From Octopus bimaculoides (Eukaryota), in assembly GCF_001194135.2 (NCBI RefSeq), contig NC_068984.1:32957090-33005323 (forward strand): a stretch of DNA of 48,234 nt. The letters run 5' to 3'. The notes beneath the pieces were generated by a model. It was given only the letters and a program-made list of their open reading frames with translations, was not told the DNA's origin and did not search any database. Below are positions 37,622 through 48,234 of this stretch, piece by piece. A program made the position numbers and the translations under genes. Position 1 is the first letter of the stretch. Every line of letters begins with the position of its first letter.

Positions 37622-38037
37622 CCGAGTGAAATATATTTATATTAATGCATATAGATATATTTCTATACATATGAACGAACACGCGTTTACATTCATATAT
37701 ACATTCGTACTTTATTATGTACGTTTCATTTCAGCACAAGATTGCGTATGATGGATATATTTATGCGAGCAATTTTGTTTGTTTCTATGTTTGTGTGAAT
37801 ATGTGATAACATTTGGGTATTTATAAACGTATATTTCCGTATATATATGTACATGCTTCGAATGCTGAAGTGAAATTGTAAAGAATATATTCACTCCCTG
37901 TAATTTTCTCTTTCCCTCTCATACTTCCTTTCTTTATGGCATACATGTACACTCACTTATGTCTTATGAGTAAACGCACACATGCATGTATACACATATA
38001 TATGCACACACTCATGCACATCGATACATATGTGTGC

Positions 38038-38040
<3 letters not shown>

Positions 38041-38134
<94 letters not shown>
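38041..38134. repeat. Long perfect (TG)n, ~47 units
   Basis: Direct reading. Confidence 0.97.
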
Positions 38135-38136
<2 letters not shown>

Positions 38137-39899
38137 CTGTGTGTGTCAATGGGCAGCTAAATATGATGATAAATGGAATCGAAATGAAGAAAGGAGGGAA
38201 GAAATGAGTTCAATTTTCAGAGAATATTTGCCATTGAAAGTAGAATTATGTGTCATAAAGGATAATAATTCCTCAAAAAACTATTGGCTTTCTTTTTAAA
38301 CGCAAACACTTCATGGCAGGGCTGTGCACGAAACAAAATCGATAGAAACAAACAATGCGATAGAGAAGTAGTACAGTACATGTGCATTAAAAATCCTTGT
38401 AGATTGTGAGCAAATAATGTGTTGTTATATTGTGTCAATTTAAAAAAAAAAAAAATTAAATGAATAATATCTAAGTAAATATTTTAAGATGTGAACAGAA
38501 ACAAGGAAAATAAAATAGTAAGATTAAGAAATACAATACAATGTATAATTCATAATCCGAAGATGACGAAGTTGATACAATGTTATCTCACAGGTTGAGT
38601 GGTAGTACTTACACTGCAACAAATGCATGTATATATTGAAAGTATTGTTAATATTGGAGTCTGATGCATAATACGGATTTATGCTGTGAAAAGGGATGTG
38701 TAATTGATAACATAGATCGTATCTTTATATTTCTATGTTCTCTGTGCCGCTTTTATTGCCCAAAGCATCATTACAAGCGCTGTCGTGTCGACCGAAGGTT
38801 CTGAAGTTAGAAGTGAATGACGCAAACACTGCAATGTGTTTGCATTAATAAGATACATTGTATGTTGAAGCACGTTATCCTTCATCACGATGAGCTGACA
38901 TGTGATCAAATTACTGACTTTGCGTTGGAATTAGGGACACGATACTTCAAATGAGATACTATTCAAATGAATATCCTTTGTCAGTAACAATAACGCGCGC
39001 AATTTACATAGACATTGATTCACTAGTATCTATCAGACTGTAAAAGTCAGACCTTTATTGATAGGTTTGTTGGGCTACAGAACGCAGCATATGGAAGACA
39101 AAAACATTTTCATTAGATCTAGAAGTAACAGGAAGTTCATTATGCATGAATATGTATTGAATTAACCATTTCGGATAGATTAATAGGTATTGCACAACGC
39201 AAATGACGTGTATTAATTCCTAGATTAAAGGGAAAGTAGTCATTTGCGCGCGCGTCCCCCCCCACTCTCTCTCTCTCTCGCTCTCCCTCTCTCACACACA
39301 CATGCACACTTAAATATTTCTATATTAAGAAATAATCCCATTCTTAATATAGATTATACTGATTTGAATTATTTAATATAAGCAGCTCCAGAGTGAAATC
39401 GTCATCTATGTAACATCATAACATATATGTATCATTGAAAAGCCAGCATTTTCCAGAGAAGTAAATATATTTATTGAGGTGTTGTGCTAAAAACACAATA
39501 TATTTTAGAGCTAAGTCAAACAAAAGTGCTCTCGAAATGACTGAGAAAGCGACAAACGTTCGTTTTACTGTTTCTGAATATGACATTCTTGTGTCATTTC
39601 CGAAAGAGGTAGAATTGGTCAGTTGGTCAGTTTGAAGCATACAGAGACAGCGAATACACGATACACTGATTCGGAATGATGTCCTTTAGGCCGAAAAACT
39701 TTTTTATTATGCAAGAATAGCAGCTCTTCAATTATTTATGCACACATACATACATATGTATACATGAATTTAACATCAGAGATGTCTTCCCACGTCCCAA
39801 ACCTGCAGACTAGAGCTATTTATTATTATTGCAGGTACTTCTTAAACCATAACAAAACATCAAACACTTGTGTTGACAGTGGGTATCCCTGTGTCACAC

Positions 39900-40345
39900 C
39901 GTTACGCTCCTTAGTCTGTACGTTTCTCCTGAGAGGGGAAGCATGGACTGAATTCTTTTCTCAATCACAGCCATCTTGAACTGGTTTCATCAGCCATATC
40001 AATAACCTTGGTGGATATAGCGCCTAGATATAGCTGGAAAACAGCGGCTGTCGACTTCAATAGGAAATGAAACCACTTGTTATCAAACAAGTCTAGATAT
40101 TTGGTTTTTAGCTGGTGAAAAATAGCGTGTTTCCTAGCGGAGCACAGTAAGTCTGGCCAAGATTATTGGTTTTGTACTCTTGAAAATCAGAAACACGTTT
40201 AGTTGGAATAATATTGACTCTACCTCCTCCAGGATGACGAGCTTGCTCTTCGAGTCCAGTTGCACCTCCCAGTGTGCGCTTGATGGAAAATAGAAACTAG
40301 GTCTTCTAACATTGACTACATCTAAGGAATCAGACACCTTTAGAT
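39900..40345 (-). mobile_element. RLE-clade (HERO-like) non-LTR retrotransposon, decayed endonuclease and C-terminus
   Basis: SAHWEVQLDSKSKLVILEEV...KSTKPIILARLTVLR*E...SFPIEVDSRCFPAIS...ADETSSRWL aligns by eye with W...VDL..KL.FPEEV...STK.II.ELTVPWE...FPIEVG.RGF.A.S...SRWLW. Confidence 0.6.
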
Positions 40346-40477
40346 TCAGGTGATAGTGGTGGATGTGTTTTGCTAGCTTTAAGCCTGTATATATATGTGT
40401 ACGTGTGCGTATGAGTATGTGTTGTGTGTATGTATGTGTGACACAGAGAGAAATAAATACCTTTGTATGTTTGAGTG

Positions 40478-40525
<48 letters not shown>

Positions 40526-40582
40526 CATATATATATACGTATATATATATATGTGTGTGTATATATATATATATACACGTAT

Positions 40583-40638
<56 letters not shown>

Positions 40639-41028
40639 ATGTATATATCAAAAATCTATGTGTGTCTGTCTTTTTTCACCCGCCATTGCGTTCAGGCTAT
40701 TCGGGCTTACCCCGAGTATTAATTTTTTATAAAATGAACGTGTATTTGAAAGCTCATTTAATGTCTGCTATCACTGACTTTCAATATGTATTTGCAGCCA
40801 ATGACACGGGCTCACAGTTCATTTATTTTAGTTCAGCGTCTGGCGGTCGTCTTAGAGGTGCCCTGTATCAAAAAATATCATTTGTAGCAGACGTTGTCTC
40901 GACACCGTTCACACGCGCCTGATTCGGGCTCGAAAGTTACAGCCCGTGTTGTTATTTATAATCGTAAAAATTAAAAGTAATTGAAATTCAATGTCTACTT
41001 GAAACAAAAAAATCTATAGGGATTAGGA

Positions 41029-41064
41029 TTTCATAGATTAGGATTTAAATTCTAATCTATGAAA
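41029..41064. repeat. 36 bp near-perfect palindrome
   Basis: tttcatagattaggatttaaattctaatctatgaaa; one mismatched (G-T) pair. Confidence 0.9.
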
Positions 41065-41421
41065 AGTTTCCGCTTTACAATATTCGTAAAGGAACGAAAT
41101 ATTATCCAGCAACTCGGGCTAATACGAACGAGCCTGGTATGTATAAAGACTAACTGGCATATCTTGTCAAGTGTACAGGCGACTGTCAGATCGTTGAGGT
41201 GTATTGTACATTCCGCTGTTGCTATTTGATTACTGTTATTCTCTGCGTGTGTGTGAAAATATTGGTTGTGTTTTGTAGGGTTGATTTCTTTTTACCCTTA
41301 ACCTAGAAATGGAGAAAGAATAACCTAGAAACGGAGAAAGTTAAATATAAAAACCGAACTTAATTATTCAAGAACCTGCTTCGCTGAAACCATGAATTCG
41401 TATGTGTGTGTGTGCGTGTGC

Positions 41422-41458
<37 letters not shown>

Positions 41459-43736
41459 TGTGTGTGTGCGTGTGTGTGTGTGCGTGCGTGTGTGTGTGTG
41501 TGTGTGTGTTCTTTAAAAGAAATTCCGCACCAGCAGCCGTTTGAAAGAGACAATATCATACACTCCAGCTGAATTAAGTGCCAAGTTTTGAAATAAACGG
41601 ATTATAGAATAAAGTTAAAATGTTTCACCCGTTTTTAATTGAACGGTAGCTCTGAAACATAAATGTTTCACCGATCGCCATAGATGCCAGAAAATCTTCA
41701 ATAGACGTTGTTTGAATATTTACTTCTCCCGTGCCTGAAGTGAGAATAATATCTTTTTATGTAACACAACCAAAATGGCCACTCCAGAATGCAACTCCGA
41801 AATCTCAGGTACAAACCCACTAGACCATGTAGGTGCGGTTATCTCAGTCTTCAGCGGAAGCAAGATCCGTTTTGCCAAATAACGGGAACGAATGGAGAAT
41901 TGTATTAGACAGTACGAAAGAGACAATAACAAGATATACCAATTATCAGTATTCTTTTAGACACGTCTAGAAAAGAAAATGTCCAAAGCTACCCAAACAT
42001 ATCTGGAATATGGACAGCAATATATCACACAACAGTATGTAGAGCATCGCTGAGAGATCTAGGCCTTGCATCAAGGGGTCACATAAGTGCAAGATCAGTA
42101 TGACCACAAAAATACATATCTTTGTTACCGCACCGACCATCTAAAAATGAGTTTTGAGAGGTTTAAAGGATGTATACATCTCAATTGTTTTCTGGTCTCG
42201 AACTACAAGACGCCTCAGTCACAAGATTAGAGACACAGTTTAACACAACTTACATTTCTCTCTATTCAACTGCCCCCGCAAGATGTAGTTTTTCTTTGTA
42301 ATATGCAAGCACACATTAAAATACCCTTCTTTTAACACGTTAAGTAGACATAACCTAGCTTCCATGTGGGAATTATCCATATTTCTCATAATTTTTTTCT
42401 TAAAGATTTTCAGCATTTATTCTTGCATGTTTTCTTGGATATCTTCGTAGTTCCTCGTAGAGCAGTTACATTATTCAAGCCTGAACGATTGCCGAATGGT
42501 GTACGATAGACTTTCAAATACATAGATTCCAGCACTACGCGCGCATGCAGAAATGAAGTAGCTTCCATATAAAGCCTGTATTCGTTAGATGGTATTTATC
42601 TCGCATTCAATTAAATGCGTTTTTGTTGATCTTATCAATAAGCGAGTAGTACACAATATATGAATGTGTATGTGTGTGAATGTATGCGTGCGCGTGTGTG
42701 TTTAGATATGTATGCATAACGTATGCATGTATGATTTTGTGCACGTATGTATGTATATATATGGGTGTGTGCATGTGTGTATGATTTGTGCATGGATGCG
42801 GGCACATTACTCCGATTTATAGCGCCATAGGACTTCGAATCGGTGAGAAAGTCGAGGAATCGTTATGCTTCTAACAAAGATATTTGCGACATATAAAATA
42901 TATAAATAAAGTAATTGCATGACATTAGTGCGCAACACTATTTTAGTTCAAAATCTAAATAAATGCTTTCGTGCATAACATGAAAGAACAGGATCACCGG
43001 TCATTTGTAAGACCAATCAACGAGTAATGCTGTGATCAAATTAGCTCAGTCCTCTAATTGAAATCGATTTTGAAGTTGAACTGAACTATAACTAAATTCG
43101 TTAGTGCCAGTTAGCTGAATTTCCATTGCAAATGACAATCACATAAATACTGCTTTGTATCACTTTTTGTGAAAGGAAAATACCTAATTATTTGAAACTA
43201 TATGTGTATAATTTTACTCGCTTGCAAATACACGTAGGCTTACGTTTATGTTTATGTGCTAATCTTGAATATTCTCACAAATGTGTTTGTGTATGCATGT
43301 AAATTTCCGCACGTATAGCTTCAGATACTCAGGCATTAAATATGCGCGCTGAGCGTACGCACACACACTCATGATTTCTAATGATTATGCATCTACACGT
43401 ATCTTACCTTCTGCAAATAGCCTCTATACATGTATATACGCAAACAATCACATATGTAGAATCACGGACATGTATATTAGTAGGTACAGACATTAATCCT
43501 TGAGCAATCGCTGTTCAAACAGAATGATACGTATTTGGTGCGCATGAAATAGTTTGCGTACAGCAAATAAAAAATAAAAATAAAATAAAAAAATAAGACA
43601 AGAACGAAAAGGAGAAACAAGCATAAATTTACTCAAATTCATTGACAGTAGGAAATATTTTTACGTTAAGCATAATCAATATTCATATGTATGAATGTAT
43701 GTATGTATATATGTAGATAAACAGAAAGATAGTTAT

Positions 43737-43839
<103 letters not shown>

Positions 43840-44040
43840 CGTGTACAGTAGCGTGCAAAATCTTCGAACACTTTAAACTATTCTAAATTTCTACTAATTG
43901 TCAAATTATAAATAAATGTTTCGGATTGCGTTTTTTTACAGATGAAACATCGGCCCTGTTGGAGTCATTGCCATACCCAATCATTATATTTTGTAGTAGG
44001 GGTTCTGAATGAGAGAGGAAGATGCGAGACGACAACCAAA

Positions 44041-44440
44041 AATGGCCGTGCAAAAGTTTTGGGCCACTTCACATAAACCAATGAAGATACAGTATTTTAA
44101 AGCAAAAAAATGTGTATCAATGAAAATTGATTATATAATGTTCTCTTATATAAATTACAGTAGATTGTTAATATTTCGCGTGGCTTCCATTAGTTGAATA
44201 ATTGCTTCAATGCGCCTGGGAAGATGTGCGTACACATCTTTCACCGTCTTCACAGGTATGAGATGACATTCTCTGTGGCCGAGCGCTCACCACTCTTCAA
44301 AATTGCGTGAGTTCTTCTGAGGAAATTCTCTCTTTAGTTCTGTCCACATTTTCTCGATGATATTTAAGTCAGGGTTCTGAGCCAACCAATCTTTCAATAC
44401 GGTAACGTCTTGATCAGCTAAACTGTCTAATAAGCGAGAG
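44041..44440 (-). mobile_element. Tc1-family transposon 3' fragment with one TIR
   Basis: LADQDVTVLKDWLAQNPDLNIIEKMWTELKR (WP..SPDLN.IE..W motif)...NGSHAKY* (stop 44168-44170). TIR-like atggccgtgcaaaagttttgggccac at ~44042. Confidence 0.85.
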
Positions 44441-44589
44441 TTTGTCAGAAGGCCTCCAGGAAAGCGAACCGATCCACGTATATTTGTTTCAGTCATTAAA
44501 CAGTTCTTGTAGAAGAAACAGACCTTAAAGAGTTCTAGGAGAAAAACCAAACCTCAGGTTTTATTCTTTGTAAGCCTAGTGCTTATTCT

Positions 44590-44765
44590 ACCGGCCTCTT
44601 TGGTGTGAGGAGAGATGCTTGTCAAGGCTACCAAAGGCACTAGTAGACTTGCTGATTCTATACAAAATTTCATCAGGACCAGTAGTGCTCAAAGTACTTC
44701 CTAAATAAATGGATTTAGTTAAAACTGCTAACATTTGACAATACGCAAATATACAAGGTTCCACA
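44590..44765 (-). mobile_element. RTE-clade LINE RT fragment
   Basis: MLAVLTKSIYLGSTLSTTGPDEILYRISKSTSAFGSL matches the RTE-type YLGSTLS...DDEV..RI.KAS.AFG.L. Confidence 0.75.
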
Positions 44766-44800
44766 AAGTTTAGATGTATGTATGTTTTTATGTATGTACG

Positions 44801-44834
<34 letters not shown>

Positions 44835-45555
44835 AATACATACATACATACACACACATGCATATGAATATACACAATGGTTGACGTAAGTAAAAAAAAA
44901 AAGAAGTGATATATTAAGACAATGTGACTATGATATTCCGATAATATTCCTGGATACTGTCAGTTTAAGCAAGCAAGAAAGGATAGTTTGATAACGCATC
45001 AAAGCTAACATCGACATGTAATAAGGATTTGGCGATTACAGTGATAGTTTCGTTCACAGCTACCATTTTACTTTAAGTTACATCGTATTTGCTCCTGTCA
45101 TTTTAAAATAACTTTCTCACAACTATACAGATGCCGTTTCCCATGAATAATCAATATTATGGGTATTGTCATTCTTCCCTACCAACTGAATTGCTTGTTG
45201 TCAAAGAACATGAGACCTCTCAATTTGATTTCGTTATTAATGAGATTATACTAGCTTTAGGCGGTGGTCTTCTATCGTCTCATATTCATTACATGTCATT
45301 CTACGCAACGTCTAAAATCAGTTATAATGGGGATGGAGCATATGTGAGCGTATTACTAAACATTTGTGGCAGAGAAAGGTTGACTGCTTAAAAGGCTCAT
45401 ACGAACATATGAAAGTTTTTAGAGAATGCAAATAATATAGCCGAGAAGTAATGGTATCCATTCTTACTAATATTCTGACTATTCAAACATCATAAATAAG
45501 ACAAAATACTAGTACACATCTTGGTGATGATCGTGGGGGCGGTGGCAACAGCAGC

Positions 45556-45565
45556 AGTAGTAGTG

Positions 45566-45630
<65 letters not shown>
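45556..45630. repeat. (AGT)n microsatellite
   Basis: Direct reading. Confidence 0.95.
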
Positions 45631-45845
45631 CAAAACAACAGTTGTAGCAACAGCAATGAAAGTACGGAGTATGATAACCTTTAGTTTTACAAAGCTACCA
45701 ACACCATTTCTCTAATTTCGTACAATAGATAATGCTGACACTTTCTTATTTTATGGTCTTAAAGTATTTCTGTTTTGGTGATAGTCTGTGGTCAGCTAAT
45801 GATATTAAATTGATATAGACTATAGAGTAGGAGTCGAACTGATAT

Positions 45846-46022
45846 AATCGTTAGCACGCAGGGCAAAATTCTTAGTGGTATTTCGTCAGTATTTATGTTC
45901 TGAATCAACTGTGCCTTTCATCCTTTCGAGGTCGATGACATCAGCACCATTTGAACAAAGGGGTCGATGTAATCGCCTTATCTCTACTCTGAAATTACTG
46001 ACCTTATGCCAAAATTTGAAAT
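45846..46022 (+). mobile_element. SINE family 2
   Basis: aatcgttagcacgcagggcaaaatt...gtgcctttcatcctttcgaggtcgat...ggggtcgatgtaatcg...ccttatgccaaaatttgaa. Confidence 0.8.
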
Positions 46023-46799
46023 TAATATAGAGTACAAAGTTAGAGTCCAAGTGTTTTCCTCCATACTGAGACTTCGAAACTTTAAAGAATGCTTGCAGAC
46101 CAAAAACAGCGAAAATATCAAAAGTAAAACATACAACATTGAAATTATAGACACTGAGCATTTAAATCAGGAATATAAAATTAGTAACTGCAAACATAAA
46201 GAATAATGAACTGCAGCAAAATAAAACAGCAGTTTACTTGCAGAACACAGTTCAACTGAGTATATGGAAAATAATTTAAAATAGTGAATTCTTGAAATGC
46301 TAGGCACGAAAATAGTGATTCGACAGTACTTCCTACAATCCAAGAAAGATTCTCACTCAGATAAAAATTGATGATGAAATCTCGCCAGCAATTACAAATG
46401 CGAGCCTATTAATTGCAACGTTAATGAAGACGGATGCAATCCTCTATACTTCCAGTATAGATCAAACAATCTGTCCAACAGTTACAATAGCAAGATAGGA
46501 TACACTACACTATCAGAATTATTCATATAGGAATACTTAAAAAAAACAAACAACGGTAAGTGATAACACAAAATAATTCATTTCTCAATCTATAAAAAAT
46601 TAAAGAATGCCTGAAAGAAGACATTCTCTCTGGAGCTCGACCAGTTTAACTTAATTTAAAGCTACGATGAAGTTGAGAATGAAACAACCTCTACCGTAAG
46701 CAAATGATTCGATGAAAATCTGTGAAAAGCCCAACATAATTATATGATGCGCTAAATGCTATAACTGTAAACGCATATTTTAAAGGGTCTCGTGAGAAC

Positions 46800-47060
46800 A
46801 TTCACTCTTCTCCAAACCATTGATCTGTCCACCAGTCATTTAATTTTCTCCCATCTATGAACGTTCGTACAGGTGTGCAAATAGGCATTAATATGCATTT
46901 TATCTACTCATTGCAGCTACTTATGCCTTGTCTTCTTTATTTTTCTTCGTCTTTTTTTCATCGAGTCCTAATAACGTTTTCGTCTAGTTACCTGATTAGT
47001 GCTTTTACCTCTTCCTCGAAAACATTCATGTCCAACAAACCTATTATCTCAATGTTAATA
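46800..47060 (-). mobile_element. Possible very old LINE RT N-terminal remnant
   Basis: VFEEEVKALIR..(fs)GLDE ... G..LNDW weakly resembles EEV..AI..L..GK..G.D.I ... G.IP.DW. Confidence 0.3.
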
Positions 47061-47779
47061 TACACATTTAAACAATGATTTCTCTCCGTTGAATGTATTT
47101 TCTAGAAACAGCAAAATTTGTTCTCAATGTAAACACATTACTTAATGACTTTTATATTCAGTTACTCTGATTATTATTCCCATAAAGAATAGTGGTTTTC
47201 AGAATGATATAAAAATATTGATACCTACATGATGAGAATCTCGAGAATAATATTCATAATTTATATCCAAAGTAAAAAACACATTTAGTGTCCATCAATG
47301 TTTCTTTCTTTTATAGTTGTCCGAAAGCCTGGTAGCAGCTCTTCCACACTTTTACAAGTTATATATTTAATCTTACTCAGTAGCCAGACCTCCTAATCAT
47401 TCAAGGTACAGAGGAGGTACGGTTTACTCACTCATCACCAAATCGTCGGGCAGCATGTTTAGTTTTCCACATTGCTAATAGCAGGTAAATGCCTGAGATG
47501 ACCAAAATACACATAAACAACATGTAGGAATATCCCTGTGTGTTGTGTACTTATATTAAACTTGGATGAAATGCGTCTAAACACATTGTTACATTCACAT
47601 CAGAGAGAATAAGTAAGACGCTTCTCGAACAAGAGAATCGATGTCGCTAAGGCACGATCATACATTACTAAAAATGATGTTGAGAGATTGTTATATTTGG
47701 GTATGGTTATCTTTTGCCAATTTAACACACGCATTATTTATTTGGTCATCGGCTTATTATTATTATTATTATTACAATT

Positions 47780-47940
47780 AGATTACATTGACCCCAGTAT
47801 TTCACTACTACTTATTTCATGGACCCCGAATGGATGAAAGGCAAAGTGAACCTCGGCAGAATTTGAACTCAGAACGTAAAGACCAACCAAATGCCTCTAA
47901 ACATTTTTCCCGACGTGCTAACGATTCTGTCAGCTCACCG
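47780..47940 (-). mobile_element. SINE family 2
   Basis: ggatgaaaggcaaagtgaacctcggcagaatttgaactcagaacgtaaag...gctaacgattctgtcagctcaccg. Confidence 0.85.
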
Positions 47941-47971
47941 ATATTATAAAAGTAATAATAATGATAATAAT

Positions 47972-48185
47972 CATTTCTGATATAAGCGCAAGGCCTGAAA
48001 TCTTGCGGGGAGAGGACTAGTCGATTACATCGACCTCAGTGTTTCACTGATACTTAATTTATCGACTCCGAAAGGATGAAAGGCAAAGTGAATCTCGGCG
48101 GAATTTGAACTCAGAGCGAAAGGATCGGTGAAATGCCGCTAGACATTTTTCCCAACGCGCTAACGATTCTGCCAGCTCACCGTCT
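47972..48185 (-). mobile_element. SINE family 2, near full length
   Basis: gcgcaaggcctgaaat...gtcgattacatcgacc...aaggatgaaaggcaaagtgaatctcggcggaatttgaactcag...gctaacgattctgccagctcaccgtct, next to (AAT)n at 48186-48234. Confidence 0.9.
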
Positions 48186-48186
48186 C

Positions 48187-48234
<48 letters not shown>

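Noticed and set aside
41625-41734. Possible minus-strand exon (TGEVNIQTTSIEDFLASMAI...)
   Set aside because: Good acceptor but only weak GTGAAA/GTAAAT donors; peptide unrecognised.
46300-46420. RTE-like IDDEISPAITNAS motif on the plus strand
   Set aside because: A single short motif with frameshifted context; insufficient support.

Overview
AT-rich, microsatellite-saturated metazoan genomic DNA from a gapped draft assembly (10 N-gaps, most flanked by simple repeats). The repeat landscape (tRNA-derived SINEs, Penelope-like elements, RLE- and APE-type LINEs, mariner/Tc1 relics) resembles a cephalopod (Octopus-like) genome; this is inference. No confident host protein-coding gene is present; the long ORFs in the track are N-gap or microsatellite read-through. 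The window is an intergenic or intronic graveyard of decayed mobile elements. Highlights: (1) a TIR-bounded mariner (3206-4789) whose transposase is split by a ~700 bp insert copied from two nearby upstream segments, one direct and one inverted; (2) two degenerate minimal hammerhead-ribozyme motifs (8922-8960 and 26904-26991, minus strand), the second in the 3' region of a Penelope-like element; (3) two R4/Dong-like retrotransposon fragments abutting (TAA)n arrays; (4) a ~4-kb-scale cluster around a Tx1/L1-like LINE lacking its endonuclease; (5) a 329 bp fold-back MITE-like element; (6) weak candidates for a terminal exon, a micro-exon and an enhancer. All family assignments are by manual translation and motif recognition, not database search.
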